64,000 nt of DNA from Acetobacteraceae bacterium (lineage in GTDB: Bacteria; Pseudomonadota; Alphaproteobacteria; Acetobacterales; Acetobacteraceae): NCBI GenBank assembly GCA_035500775.1, contig DATJWY010000068.1:567-64566 (forward strand), written 5' to 3'. This document shows positions 26,625 to 36,180 of the stretch, piece after piece; the first letter of the stretch is position 1; every line of letters begins with the position of its first letter. The position numbers and the translations under genes are program-made. The notes beneath the pieces are model-generated. The model had not been told where the DNA came from and did no database searches. It saw only the letters and a list, made by a program, of their open reading frames with translations.

Positions 26625-27821
26625 ATGGACTTGCTGACAACGAATATCGGTGTTCCGGACAGTATCGCTGGCTGGCAGATGCTGTCCAGCAAGCCGCTGA
26701 CCGATTTCGGCGCCTTCATGAACGATCCGGTGCTGAAGCAGCAGATTACCTATTTCGAGGCGAATGCGCCGAAGGCGACCACGGCGCAGGCCCTGCTCTC
26801 TGATCCGCAATTGCAGGATTTCGTGCTGACCGCGTTCGGCCTCACCGCCGAGAATGGCATGACGGCGTTGATGGAGAAGGTGCTTAACTCGAATACGAAC
26901 CAATCCGGAAACTTCGCAGCGACGCTGGCCAATCCGCACTACACGGCGATCGCGAAGGCCTTCAATTACGGCGGCCCCGTGACGCCGGGCACACCGGCTG
27001 CCGCCTCTTCCGCCCAGGTGATGCTCGACACCGGCAACGCCTCCGGCACGCCGAGTTACCAGAGCTTCAGCGGCACGTTCGGCGGCGTCACGCTCAGCAA
27101 TGTCGATCTCTCCGGCGCTACATCATGGCAGGCCGTGGCGAGCACCTTGCAAAACGCCTTTCAGAAGGCCGGTAATGGCAGCATCACCGTAACCGCTCTT
27201 GGACCGTCTCTGACCTTCAAGGATGCCAGCGGTCATGGGACGGCGCGCAACTTCACCTGGCAGAGTGGCACGGGCGGATCGACCGCGGGGTCGCCCTACG
27301 ACCTGGTTGCCGGCTCTACCGCCGTGGCGCAGCAGGGCGGTCCGAACGTCACCAATCCCAGCTTCATCAGTAATGTCGTCAACCTTTATGCCCAGGCGCA
27401 GTTCCAGGCTGTCGTCGGCAGCACCTCGCCTATCTTGCAGCAGGCGCTGTATGCCAAGGAGACGCTGCCGAACATGACCAATTGGTATTCGATCATGGGC
27501 GATACGACGCTTGCCCCGATCGTGTACACCGCGCTCAACCTGCCCTCGACCTTCGGCAAGCTTGACGTGGATCAGCAGAATCGGATTCTGAGCTCGAAGA
27601 TGAACATCACGGATTTCCAGAATCCGACCAAGCTGAACCAGTTCCTGAACAAGTTCGTGGCGATCAGCGAGTCGCAGAACAGCAATGCGGCCAGCCAGTC
27701 GCCGGCGGTGCAACTCTTGACCGCGTTCAATTCCGGGCAGCAGATCATCAATCTGACCTTGCCGGATGCGATCTCCAGCAACACCCTTGCCGCCATGCTG
27801 GGGGTTTCGAGCGGCTCATAA
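26625..27821 (+). CDS. DUF1217-type flagellar-cluster protein
   Basis: ..KQQITYFEANAPKATTAQALLSDPQLQDFVLTAFGLTAENGMTALMEKVLNS.. and ..ILQQALYAKETLPNMTNWYSIMGDTTLAPIVYTALNLPSTFGKLDVDQQ.. match, from memory, the two-lobed DUF1217 pattern found next to alphaproteobacterial flagellin genes. Confidence 0.65.
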   Translation: MDLLTTNIGVPDSIAGWQMLSSKPLTDFGAFMNDPVLKQQITYFEANAPKATTAQALLSDPQLQDFVLTAFGLTAENGMTALMEKVLNSNTNQSGNFAATLANPHYTAIAKAFNYGGPVTPGTPAAASSAQVMLDTGNASGTPSYQSFSGTFGGVTLSNVDLSGATSWQAVASTLQNAFQKAGNGSITVTALGPSLTFKDASGHGTARNFTWQSGTGGSTAGSPYDLVAGSTAVAQQGGPNVTNPSFISNVVNLYAQAQFQAVVGSTSPILQQALYAKETLPNMTNWYSIMGDTTLAPIVYTALNLPSTFGKLDVDQQNRILSSKMNITDFQNPTKLNQFLNKFVAISESQNSNAASQSPAVQLLTAFNSGQQIINLTLPDAISSNTLAAMLGVSSGS

Positions 27822-27902
27822 ACCGGCGCCCCCAGACGTATACCAACTGCCTTATTGATCGGCCTATCTGAAAGGCCAGGGACTTTGCCCCTTGACCCCA
27901 CG

Positions 27903-27994
27903 GGGGCCGTAGGCCCCAGCCCCTTTTGTTCATGATTCCAAACGTGTACGGGTCTGGGGGCGCTGCCCCCAGCGGGTCCAGGGCAGAGCCCTGG
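27903..27994. repeat. REP-like multi-hairpin intergenic element, copy B
   Basis: Hairpins: GGGGCC-GTA-GGCCCC (27903-27917); CTGGGGGC-GCT-GCCCCCAG (27954-27972); CCAGGGC-AGA-GCCCTGG (27978-27994). CATGATTCCAA precedes the last two, as in the reverse complement of copy A. It sits between the convergent DUF1217-type gene and fliI. Confidence 0.7.
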
Positions 27995-28009
27995 CCTTTC
28001 CTTTTCCCG

Positions 28010-29392
28010 CTACGCCGCTGCCAGAGGCTGCTGCCCCAGAATCCGCGCCAGCCCGGCAAACGCCTCGGCGGCGGTCGCGCGCTCATCCACGCCCTGACGC
28101 AGGAATGCCTCGAATTCGGGCTGTTTCAGGATAGCGCGATCCACCAGCGGGTCTGAACCGGCGCGATAGGCGCCGAGCCGGATCATCTCCGCCATGCCAT
28201 CGTAGGCGCCGAGCAGGCGCCGCGCCTCGTTGAGCAGGTCGTTCTCCTCGGCGCTGTGGCAGCGGGGCAGGGCGCGGCTGACCGAGCGCAGGATGTCGAT
28301 CGCCGGCCAGCGGCCGCGCTCACCGATGCGGCGGTCGAGCACCAGATGGCCGTCCAGGATGCCGCGCACGGCATCGGCGATCGGTTCGTCATGGTCATCG
28401 CCATCGACGAGGACGGTGAAGATGGCGGTGATGTCGCCTTCGCCCTCCGGGCCTGGCCCGGCTCGCTCCAGCAGTCCCGGCAATTCCGCGAAAACAGAAG
28501 GTGTGTAGCTGCGGGCGGTCGCCGGCTCGCCGGCGGCGAGGCCGACCTCGCGCTGGGCATGGGCGAGGCGAGTAATGCTGTCGAGCAGGCAGAGTACCTG
28601 CAGGCCTTCGCCCCGGAACCATTCCGCGACGGCGAGCGTGGCCTGGGCGGCGCGGCGGCGGGCGAGGGCGGGCTGGTCGGAGGTGGAGACGACAACCACG
28701 GTGCGGGCGAGCGCCTCCTCGCCGAGAATGACATCAAGGAATTCCCGGACCTCGCGGCCGCGCTCGCCGATCAGCCCGACCACGATCACGTCGGCGGTAA
28801 CGAAGCGCGCCAGCATGCCCATCAGGGTGGATTTGCCGACGCCGGATGCTGCGAAAACGCCAAGGCGCTGACCGCGGCAGACCGGCACGAACGTATCCAG
28901 CGCGCGCAGCCCGGTTTCCAGCCTGTCGCCGACCAGCCGACGGCCGAGCGCATCCGGTGCGGTGCGGCGCAGCTTCATGGCGCGGTCGCCGAGGGGGAGG
29001 GGGCCCTTGCCGTCGAGCGGCCGGCCGAGCCCGTCCACAACCCGGCCGAGCCAGGCAGAGCATGGGTAGAGCGCCAGCGTGTCATCCAGCCAGACGCGGG
29101 CGCCGGGGGAGAGGCCATCCGACCGCCCCTCCGGCATGACAGTCACACGCCCCTCCGCGAAGGCCACGATCTCACCGGGAATGGCGCCGTCATCGTGATC
29201 GATATGCACACGGTCGCCGACCGAGGCCGCGTGGCCGAAACCAGTTACGGAAAGCGCCGCGCCGCGCACGGCGAGAAGTTCGCCCCAGCGCGCGACCCGG
29301 TGTTGCCGCGCCACGTGCAGCGCGGTTCCCGCCAGGGAGGCGTTAGGCTGGGTGATGGCCTGGGCGGCGCTGCCGGAACAATCTGCGGTCAT
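28010..29392 (-). CDS. fliI: flagellum-specific ATPase FliI
   Basis: Walker A GVFAASGVGKSTLMGM, Walker B-like VIVVGLIGERGREV and ..SITAIFTVLVDGDDHDEPIAD.. Start set at the ATG at 29392 after GAAGGAAA; the track ORF extends to 29482 across repeated regulatory boxes. Confidence 0.92.
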   Translation of the reverse strand: MTADCSGSAAQAITQPNASLAGTALHVARQHRVARWGELLAVRGAALSVTGFGHAASVGDRVHIDHDDGAIPGEIVAFAEGRVTVMPEGRSDGLSPGARVWLDDTLALYPCSAWLGRVVDGLGRPLDGKGPLPLGDRAMKLRRTAPDALGRRLVGDRLETGLRALDTFVPVCRGQRLGVFAASGVGKSTLMGMLARFVTADVIVVGLIGERGREVREFLDVILGEEALARTVVVVSTSDQPALARRRAAQATLAVAEWFRGEGLQVLCLLDSITRLAHAQREVGLAAGEPATARSYTPSVFAELPGLLERAGPGPEGEGDITAIFTVLVDGDDHDEPIADAVRGILDGHLVLDRRIGERGRWPAIDILRSVSRALPRCHSAEENDLLNEARRLLGAYDGMAEMIRLGAYRAGSDPLVDRAILKQPEFEAFLRQGVDERATAAEAFAGLARILGQQPLAAA

Positions 29393-29430
29393 GGTATTTC
29401 CTTCGCGGCCAGGGGGTGATTCATGGCGAT

Positions 29431-29557
29431 TTTGCGAAAGTGGAACGATCATGTCCACAAATCTTTGCGAAAAGTGGTGCATTGAGTGCGATCCATCCGC
29501 CGTGCAGGCGGCCAGTGCGGTCGCTGCGCGTATGCGAAATGTTTTGACTATGCGAAA
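29431..29557 (+). promoter_or_regulatory. four TGCGAAA boxes plus a sigma70-like promoter in the fliI/flgB divergent region
   Basis: TTTGCGAAAGTGG (29431), TTTGCGAAAAGTGG (29464), TGCGAAATG (29533) and TGCGAAACGG (29551). TTGACT-N17-TAAAGT (29544-29572) encloses the last box and lies about 30 nt upstream of the flgB ATG. Confidence 0.5.
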
Positions 29558-29599
29558 CGGTGCAGATAAAGTTCCTGCGATGTTCCATTCCGAGGCGAC

Positions 29600-30019
29600 A
29601 TGCTCGAAGGACTAGATCTCTTTCGCCTGGCCGGCGAACGCATGCGCTACCTGACCGAGCGGCAAGCGGTGATCACTCGCAACATCGCCAATGCGGATAC
29701 GCCGCATTACCGGGCGCAGGATCTGGCTCCGTTCAGTTTCGAGAGCACCTTGCTGCGTTCCGGCAGCGGCGCCGGCGAGGCGCCTTCCCTGGCGATGGCC
29801 CGCACCTCCGCGGCCCATCTCGGCATGGGGAGCGGCGGCGGCGGGGTGCGCATCGATCGCTTTGCCAAGGCGACCAGCGAGAAGCCGAACGGCAATACCG
29901 TCTCGCTCGAGGAGCAGATGGTGAAATCCACGGAGGTGGCGAACGCCTTCGACCTCGCCAGCGCGGCCTACAGCAAGAGCATCACACTCATGAAGATTGG
30001 GATCGATTTCGGCAAATGA
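29600..30019 (+). CDS. flgB: flagellar proximal rod protein FlgB
   Basis: ..YLTERQAVITRNIANADTPHYRAQDL.. is the rod N-terminal signature. 139 aa. Confidence 0.9.
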   Translation: MLEGLDLFRLAGERMRYLTERQAVITRNIANADTPHYRAQDLAPFSFESTLLRSGSGAGEAPSLAMARTSAAHLGMGSGGGGVRIDRFAKATSEKPNGNTVSLEEQMVKSTEVANAFDLASAAYSKSITLMKIGIDFGK

Positions 30020-30456
30020 TGGACATTTCCACCGTCGATGGGGCGGATCCGCTCGCGCAGGCCATCGCCACCTCGGCTTCCGGCATGCGGGCGCAGGCGA
30101 CCCGCTTGCGCATCGTCGCTGAGAACCTGGCCAACGCGAATGCCACCGCCTCCACCCCCGGCGGCGATCCGTACCGGCGCAAGGTGGTCACCTTCGAGCA
30201 GGTGCTCGATCGGAGCAGCGGGGCGGGACTCGTCCGTCCGGCGCGCATCACCAGGGATTCGTCACCGTTCCGGATAGAATACGACCCCTCGCATCCGGCC
30301 GCCAACGCGCAAGGCTACTACAAGCTGCCGAACGTCTCCGAGGTGATCGAGACGGCGGATGCGCGCGAGGCGCAGCGTTCCTATGAGGCCAATTTGTCCG
30401 CGCTCAGCGAGGCGCGAACGATGATCACCAAGACCCTCGACATCCTGAAGGCATGA
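30016..30456 (+). CDS. flgC: flagellar proximal rod protein FlgC
   Basis: The ATG at 30016 overlaps the flgB TGA (ATGA). ..MRAQATRLRIVAENLANANATASTPGGDPYRRKVVTFE.. and ..EAQRSYEANLSALSEARTMITKTLDIL are FlgC signatures. The upstream part of track ORF 29560..30456 is out-of-frame overlap with flgB. Confidence 0.92.
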   Translation: MMDISTVDGADPLAQAIATSASGMRAQATRLRIVAENLANANATASTPGGDPYRRKVVTFEQVLDRSSGAGLVRPARITRDSSPFRIEYDPSHPAANAQGYYKLPNVSEVIETADAREAQRSYEANLSALSEARTMITKTLDILKA

Positions 30457-30463
30457 GGTTCCC

Positions 30464-30760
30464 ATGAGCATCCAGCCGATCACGCCGCTGACCCAGGTCG
30501 CCACCGCCTATGCCACCAGTCAGCTCCGCCCCGCGCGCAATTCCTCTGACTTCGCCGACATGGTTGGGAATGCGGCCTCGGCGGCGATCCAGACCGTGCA
30601 TGAGGCCGAGCATGTGACCGCGCTCGGCGTGGCCGGCAAGGCGGATGTCCAGGACGTGGTGCAGTCGATGAGCAATGCCGAGGTCACCATGCAGGCCGTC
30701 GTTGCGGTACGGGACAAAGTGCTCAGCGCCTATAACGACGTCATGCGTATGAGTGTCTGA
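30464..30760 (+). CDS. fliE: flagellar hook-basal body protein FliE
   Basis: 98 aa. ..DVQDVVQSMSNAEVTMQAVVAVRDKVLSAYNDVMRM is the FliE C-terminal motif. Confidence 0.88.
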   Translation: MSIQPITPLTQVATAYATSQLRPARNSSDFADMVGNAASAAIQTVHEAEHVTALGVAGKADVQDVVQSMSNAEVTMQAVVAVRDKVLSAYNDVMRMSV

Positions 30761-30883
30761 CGCCTGTCGTTCCGCGGTCCGGCAGAAGCCGGAGGGTTGA
30801 TCCATGGCAGAAAAGCCGGAGCAGGTTGCAGGCGTCCGTGGTGTCACGACGATGCCCATGCGATCACGGCGTGGGGGATTTGT

Positions 30884-31147
30884 GTGAACGAAGGCGACGT
30901 CGTTGAAATCATCCGCGGCGCCTTTCATACCGCGGTCATCGTCACCGGTCCCACCCTGGCCGGCACGCTTGTCGCCGGACTTGCCGTCAGCATCCTGCAA
31001 ACGCTGACGCAGGTGCAGGAAATGACGCTCGCCAATATCCCCAAGATCGTCGTGACCATGATCCTCACCATGCTGTTCCTGCCGCTCTCCTTCTCGGCAT
31101 TGCGCAGTTACATGGAGGAGATCGCTCACCTGATTGTCGGCTTGTGA
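30884..31147 (+). CDS. fliQ: flagellar export apparatus protein FliQ
   Basis: GTG at 30884 gives VNEGDVVEIIRGAFHTAVIVTGPTLAGTLVAGLAVSILQTLTQVQEMTLANIPKIVV.., an 87-aa two-TM FliQ pattern. The upstream part of the track ORF is not FliQ-like. Confidence 0.88.
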   Translation: MNEGDVVEIIRGAFHTAVIVTGPTLAGTLVAGLAVSILQTLTQVQEMTLANIPKIVVTMILTMLFLPLSFSALRSYMEEIAHLIVGL

Positions 31148-31163
31148 GCGGAGTCCGCGCGCC

Positions 31164-33233
31164 ATGAGTTTTTTCGACAGGTTGCGCCGTGGTCTGGGGC
31201 ATCAGGACCTGTTCTTCGCGGCGGCCCTGGTTGTCCTGCTCGCTGTCCTCGTCCTGCCGATGCCGACCTGGGTGGTCGATATCGGGCTTGCGACCTCGAT
31301 CACGCTCTCCGTGCTGATCCTGATGGTTTCCGTCTGGATCGAACGGCCGCTGGATTTCTCCAGTTTCCCGACCGTGCTGCTGGTCGCGACACTGCTTCGC
31401 CTCGCCCTCAACCTGGCGACGACGCGCCTGATTCTTTCCAATGGTCACAAGGGCCTTGGCGCCGCCGGCTCGGTGATCAACGGATTCGCCTCCTTCGTGG
31501 TCGGCGGCGACTTCGTCATAGGCACCGTCGTCTTCGCCATCTTGATCATCATCAACTTCATGGTGATCACCAAGGGCGCCGGGCGCATCGCCGAGGTCGC
31601 AGCCCGCTTCTCGCTGGACGCAATGCCCGGCAAGCAGATGGCGATCGATGCCGACGTCGCTTCCGGCACCATCAACGAGGAGGAGGCGAGGCGCCGGCGC
31701 AAGGAACTCGAGGACGAGAATTCCTTCTTCGGCGCCATGGACGGCGCCTCGAAATTCGTCCGCGGTGATGCGGTCGCGGCGATCATCATCACCTTGGTCA
31801 ACGTTATCGGCGGCATCGTCATGGGAACGGTGCGGCATGGTCTCGGCGTCAGCCAGGCCGCGACCTTCTACACGACGCTCACCATCGGCGATGGCATCGT
31901 CAGCCAGATTCCGGCGCTGATCGTCAGCCTCGGCGCTGGCATGCTCGTCTCCAAGGGTTCGGTGCGCGGCTCCACGGATCGAGCGTTCATTGCCCAGCTC
32001 GGTGGCCAGTCGAAGCCGCTGTTCCTCGCCGCCGGCCTCGCCGGGCTGTTCGCGGTGCTCCCCGGTCTGCCCTTCCTGCCCTTCGCCGCCCTTGGCGCCC
32101 TGGCGGCCGGCGGCGGCTACCTGGCCCGCGAGGCCGACAAGAAGCGCACCCGCCTCGCCGCGGAGGCCGGGCAGAAGCGGGATGTCGTCGATGCCACCAG
32201 GGAGGAGTCGATCAACGAGCTGATGCGGGTGGACGATATCCGCATCGAGCTTGGCATGGGGCTCGTTTCCCTCACCTCCGGTGCGGATGGCGGCCTGTCG
32301 GAAAAGATCCGCAAGCTGCGTCGCTCGATCGCGCTTGATTTCGGCTTCCTGTTACCGCCGGTGCGGATCAAGGACAATATGGACCTGCAATCGGGCGAGT
32401 ACTCGATCCAGGTGCAGGGCGTCGAGGTTGCGCGCGAATCACTGATGATCGGCCGGATGCTGGCCTTCTCGCCGAATGGCCAGCCGATCAACATTCCCGG
32501 CAAGGACACGCAGGAACCCTCCTTCCGCATCCCGGCTCGTTGGATCGAGCCGACCCAGCGGCAGGAAGCGATCCGGCAGGGCCTCACCGTCGTCGATATC
32601 GAAACCGTGCTGACCACGCATCTCTCTGAGATCGTGCGGGCGAACATGAGCCAGCTTCTGTCCTATTCCCTGACGCAGAAGCTACTGGACGGGCTCGGAC
32701 CGGAGAACCAGAAGCTTATCTCGGACCTCACGCCGGCGCTCGTGCCGATGACCACGATCCAGAAGGTGCTGGCGAACCTGCTGGCCGAGCGGGTTTCGAT
32801 CCGCACCCTGCCGCTGATCCTGGAAGCGATCCACGAGGCCTGCGGCTTCACGCGCAATGTCAGTCAGATCACCGAGCATGTGCGCACGCGGCTTTCCTTG
32901 CAGATCTGCAAGGCGTTGCAGGGTGATGATGGATTTGTCGCCGCCGTGCCGCTCTCCCCGCAATGGGAGAAGGAGCTGTCGGAGGCCGTGATACTGGATG
33001 GCGATCAGCGCAGCTTCGTGCTTTCGCCTTCGCGCACGCAGGAATTCGTCAAGATCGTGCGTGCCAAGATCGCCACAATCGCCGCGCACGGCGAGTGGCC
33101 GGCCATCCTGACGAGTGCCGAGATCCGTCCCTTTGTCCGCGCACTGGTTGAGCGGATCAATCCGACCATCACGGTGATCTCCCATCCGGAGATTCATCAA
33201 CGCACCAGGCTGCGCACCGTGGACCAGATCTGA
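31164..33233 (+). CDS. flhA: flagellar export apparatus protein FlhA
   Basis: ..FVVGGDFVIGTVVFAILIIINFMVITKGAGRIAEVAARFSLDAMPGKQMAIDADV.. is a diagnostic FlhA core. About 690 aa. Confidence 0.95.
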   Translation: MSFFDRLRRGLGHQDLFFAAALVVLLAVLVLPMPTWVVDIGLATSITLSVLILMVSVWIERPLDFSSFPTVLLVATLLRLALNLATTRLILSNGHKGLGAAGSVINGFASFVVGGDFVIGTVVFAILIIINFMVITKGAGRIAEVAARFSLDAMPGKQMAIDADVASGTINEEEARRRRKELEDENSFFGAMDGASKFVRGDAVAAIIITLVNVIGGIVMGTVRHGLGVSQAATFYTTLTIGDGIVSQIPALIVSLGAGMLVSKGSVRGSTDRAFIAQLGGQSKPLFLAAGLAGLFAVLPGLPFLPFAALGALAAGGGYLAREADKKRTRLAAEAGQKRDVVDATREESINELMRVDDIRIELGMGLVSLTSGADGGLSEKIRKLRRSIALDFGFLLPPVRIKDNMDLQSGEYSIQVQGVEVARESLMIGRMLAFSPNGQPINIPGKDTQEPSFRIPARWIEPTQRQEAIRQGLTVVDIETVLTTHLSEIVRANMSQLLSYSLTQKLLDGLGPENQKLISDLTPALVPMTTIQKVLANLLAERVSIRTLPLILEAIHEACGFTRNVSQITEHVRTRLSLQICKALQGDDGFVAAVPLSPQWEKELSEAVILDGDQRSFVLSPSRTQEFVKIVRAKIATIAAHGEWPAILTSAEIRPFVRALVERINPTITVISHPEIHQRTRLRTVDQI

Positions 33234-34009
33234 TGGCGCTGCCTGGCACGTTGGTTCTCCCGCTTTCAGGATTTCTGTCCATCTCGGCATACAGGATGTT
33301 GCTGGTCTTCGCCCGCGTCAGCGCCGCCTTTCTGATGGTGCCGGGTTTCGGCGAGCCCGGCGTACCGGTGCGCGTGCGCATTCTGGCCGGTCTTGGCCTT
33401 GCTGCAACGATCTCTTCCGTTATTCCAGGTATGCCGACCAATGTGCCTGGCACCTACGGCATCCTGCTCGCGGTCGCGGCCGAGGTGTTGAATGGGGCGT
33501 TGCTCGGAACGATTTCCCGCGTTCTCATGACTGGCCTGCTGATTGGTGGCCAGGTCGCTGGACAGGCGGTTGGTCTCAGCAATATCTTCGTTATGGGCCT
33601 CGGCTTTGACCAGTCCGCTACCATTGGCGCGGCATTCTATGCGGGTTTCCTCGCCGTTCTGTTCGCGACGGATGGCCATCATCTGATCATCCGGACCATT
33701 GCCGACAGTTACACCCTGATGCCGCCAGGGCTGTTCCCGGACATGGCGGACGATGCGCATGCCGTGGTCGCGGCGGCGCTGCGCGCCTTTCGTCTCGCCG
33801 CTCAGCTTGGCATGCCGTTCCTGGTGTTGTCGCTGATGTTCAACGTGTCGTTGGCAGGCATCAACAAGGCCTTGCCTGCAATGCCCGTGTTCATGATCGG
33901 CGCGCCGGCCATCGTCATGGCGGGGCTTTATCTGATGACCGCGGTGATTCCGGGGGTAATCGAGCAGGGCATGCTGGCTTTCACCGATCTGGCGTCGGTG
34001 CTGCGCTGA
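33233..34009 (+). CDS. fliR: flagellar export apparatus protein FliR
   Basis: 258-aa polytopic membrane ORF. Its ATG overlaps the flhA stop by 1 nt. ..FLLVFARVSAAFLMVPGFGE.. is the FliR N-terminal motif. Confidence 0.9.
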   Translation: MALPGTLVLPLSGFLSISAYRMLLVFARVSAAFLMVPGFGEPGVPVRVRILAGLGLAATISSVIPGMPTNVPGTYGILLAVAAEVLNGALLGTISRVLMTGLLIGGQVAGQAVGLSNIFVMGLGFDQSATIGAAFYAGFLAVLFATDGHHLIIRTIADSYTLMPPGLFPDMADDAHAVVAAALRAFRLAAQLGMPFLVLSLMFNVSLAGINKALPAMPVFMIGAPAIVMAGLYLMTAVIPGVIEQGMLAFTDLASVLR

Positions 34010-34045
34010 GAGAGGCGTGGTTTCGGGACTCCGCCCCGGACCCCG

Positions 34046-34094
34046 GCAGGAGGCTTTGCCTCCTGCACCTCCACCAAAGGCCGGGGGCCTTTGG
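34046..34094. repeat. REP-like double hairpin, copy C
   Basis: GCAGGAGGC-TTT-GCCTCCTGC (34046-34066) and CCAAAGGCC-GGG-GGCCTTTGG (34074-34094), between fliR and flhB. Confidence 0.65.
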
Positions 34095-34126
34095 AAACCA
34101 TGCACTAGGCAATAAGGGCGAGGCGG

Positions 34127-35206
34127 ATGGCCGAAGAAGAGGGCGGTGAAAAGCGGCTTGAAGCCTCGGCGCGTAAGCTCGAACAGGCGCGCCAGCGCGG
34201 CGACGTCCCGATCTCCCGCGAAGGTTCGGCGGCGGCACTCTATCTCGCCGTATTGCTGGGCATTCTGCTGACCGGTGGTCTGACGGCACGAAAGATCGCC
34301 GATATTTTGTTGCCGCTGCTCGATCAGCCGGACGGCTTCCTGGATCTCACGCCGGAGGGGCTACGGGACGCGGGCCAGGCATTCGGCCTCGCCTTGGTCA
34401 CGGCGTTGGCGCCGTTCTTCGGCTTCGCTATCGCTGCGGCGATCCTGCCGTATGTTTTGCAGCGGTCGATCGTTATCGCTTCTGAGCGTTTGACGGTGAA
34501 GCTCTCCAATCTCTCACCGCGCCGCGCCGTGGAGCGGATCTTCGGTCCGCGCGCGTTGTTCGAGTTCGCCAAGTCGATCATCAAGATGATCGCGGTCGGT
34601 GCTGCCTGTTTCATGGTCGGCTACCCGATCTATAGGCAATCGGCCGATCTTGTCGCGCTCGATCCCGCAGCCATGCCGTCGCTTGCCACGCATGGCATCA
34701 CCTCGATCATGTTTGCGGTGACGCTGGTTGCCTTCATCATTGCCGGCATCGATGTGCCTTATCAGCACTTTGTATATCGCCGGAAGCAGCGCATGAGCTT
34801 CCAGGAGATGCGCGAGGAGATGCGGGCAACCGATGGCGATCCGCACATCAAGGCGAAGTTGCGGCGTCTGCGGCGTCAGCGTTTGCAGCGCCGGATGATG
34901 AAGGATCTGCCGAAGGCGACCGTGGTGATCGCCAATCCGACCCATTTTGCCGTCGCGCTGAAATACGATCGTGGCGGGGCGGCGCCGGTCGTGGTGGCGA
35001 AGGGGGTGGATGGGGTGGCGCTGCATATCCGCAAACTCGCGGCGCGGCATAACATCCCTGTTGTGGAGGATCGTCCGCTGGCACGGGCCCTTTACGCGGC
35101 AGTCGAGGTCGGGGACATGATCCCGCGGGAGCATTTCGAGGCGGTGGCCAAGGTCATCGGACTGGTCTGGGCGCAACGTGGCAAGGGCGCGTCCTCGATC
35201 GCCTGA
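34127..35206 (+). CDS. flhB: flagellar export switch protein FlhB
   Basis: MAEEEGGEKRLEASARKLEQARQRGDVPISRE.. is the FlhB N terminus. The autocleavage context VVIANPTHFAVAL contains NPTH. Confidence 0.95.
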   Translation: MAEEEGGEKRLEASARKLEQARQRGDVPISREGSAAALYLAVLLGILLTGGLTARKIADILLPLLDQPDGFLDLTPEGLRDAGQAFGLALVTALAPFFGFAIAAAILPYVLQRSIVIASERLTVKLSNLSPRRAVERIFGPRALFEFAKSIIKMIAVGAACFMVGYPIYRQSADLVALDPAAMPSLATHGITSIMFAVTLVAFIIAGIDVPYQHFVYRRKQRMSFQEMREEMRATDGDPHIKAKLRRLRRQRLQRRMMKDLPKATVVIANPTHFAVALKYDRGGAAPVVVAKGVDGVALHIRKLAARHNIPVVEDRPLARALYAAVEVGDMIPREHFEAVAKVIGLVWAQRGKGASSIA

Positions 35207-35214
35207 TGATCGGC

Positions 35215-35625
35215 TCAGGGGGTGATCCCGTGCGTTCCGCCGCCGATCGCGAGGTCTTCCTGCTGGATCAGACGGCGGACGAATTTCAAGGCTTGATAGA
35301 GATTATCCGCCTCCGCCGCGGCCAGCGCGTCGTCCAGCATCTCCCGCGCCGTCGGCGGCACCACCGGGCGCAGGGCGGCCGCGATCTGCCGGGCGTTCAT
35401 CAGCCCAACCGCTCGTTCGTGCTCTGCGCCGATATAGGCGCATTGGAGGGCATAGTAGATACGTCTGGCGGGCGTATCGGCGTTCTCCGCCTGCATGATC
35501 TGCTTGCCGAACATGAAACGCGCATGCGTCGTCAGTTCGATGCTGGATTTCGTGCGGAAGCGGAGGGCGGCGCCATTCACGATCATCAGATCGTTGGCGC
35601 GCAATTCCAGAACCAGATTAGACAT
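35215..35625 (-). CDS. flbT: second FlbT-family protein (no adjacent FlaF)
   Basis: MSNLVLELRANDLMIVNGAALRFRTKSSIELTTHARFMFGKQIMQAENADTPARRIYYALQCAYIG.. parallels the FlbT at 25618. Confidence 0.75.
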   Translation of the reverse strand: MSNLVLELRANDLMIVNGAALRFRTKSSIELTTHARFMFGKQIMQAENADTPARRIYYALQCAYIGAEHERAVGLMNARQIAAALRPVVPPTAREMLDDALAAAEADNLYQALKFVRRLIQQEDLAIGGGTHGITP

Positions 35626-35811
35626 GCCTCTCTTCCCGGGTCGGTTTTTCGACGCGGCCGGGCAGTGCCCGCCTCTCGGGCAGTTTTGCGGGAGGGGTTT
35701 AACCCAAGGTGAAGGCCTTGGGCGTGGGGAGGGGAGGTGGCCGCCGGGCCACTTCCCGGGCGGTCAGCCGCCCGGGTGGGACGCCCCGAGGGCGCTGGCG
35801 TGTTGATCGCC

Positions 35812-36180
35812 TTAGGGTGAAACCAGGCCCTGACGGATGGCCCAGAGGACAAGAGATGTCCGGTTCGGCAGGTTAAGTCGTTCGAGCAGTCCCTTGATGT
35901 GAGTCTTGACCGTGGCCTCGCCGATTTGCAGCCGCCGCGCGATGGCACGGTTACTGAGGCCTTGGGCAAGCAATTCCAGGGTGGCCAATTGTCGGCCGGT
36001 CAGCGGGATGGTTTTCGGCCGGCTCGTCCGCATCAGCGTTTGAAGTTCGGCCTGCACCAGACCCAGCCGCTCCTCGGCGCTGCCGGGCCCCTCGATGAGG
36101 GCCCGTAAGCGGATCAGCGCATGCTCCGGGGCCGCTCGGTTCGTCAAGGCGGAAGCGCGGCCTATCGCTGCCGGGAACAT
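35812..36180 (-). CDS. short LuxR/FixJ-type HTH transcriptional regulator (no receiver or ligand domain)
   Basis: ..LTGRQLATLELLAQGLSNRAIARRLQIGEATVKTHIKGLLERLNLPNRTSLVLWAI.. is the GerE/LuxR HTH. Start set at the ATG at 36180 (about 122 aa); the track ORF extends to 36330. Confidence 0.75.
   Translation of the reverse strand: MFPAAIGRASALTNRAAPEHALIRLRALIEGPGSAEERLGLVQAELQTLMRTSRPKTIPLTGRQLATLELLAQGLSNRAIARRLQIGEATVKTHIKGLLERLNLPNRTSLVLWAIRQGLVSP

Noticed and set aside
29393-29482. Longer FliI start at 29482 (MHHFSQRFVDMIVPLSQNRHES..)
   Set aside because: The extension would translate two copies of the TTTGCGAAA box (FSQR and LSQN), and it lacks FliI similarity. The ATG at 29392 has a good RBS (GAAGGAAA).
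29560-30015. N-terminal 152 codons of track ORF 29560..30456, which would give a 298-aa FlgC
   Set aside because: This part overlaps flgB out of frame and is Arg-rich. FlgC homology begins at the ATG at 30016, which overlaps the flgB stop.
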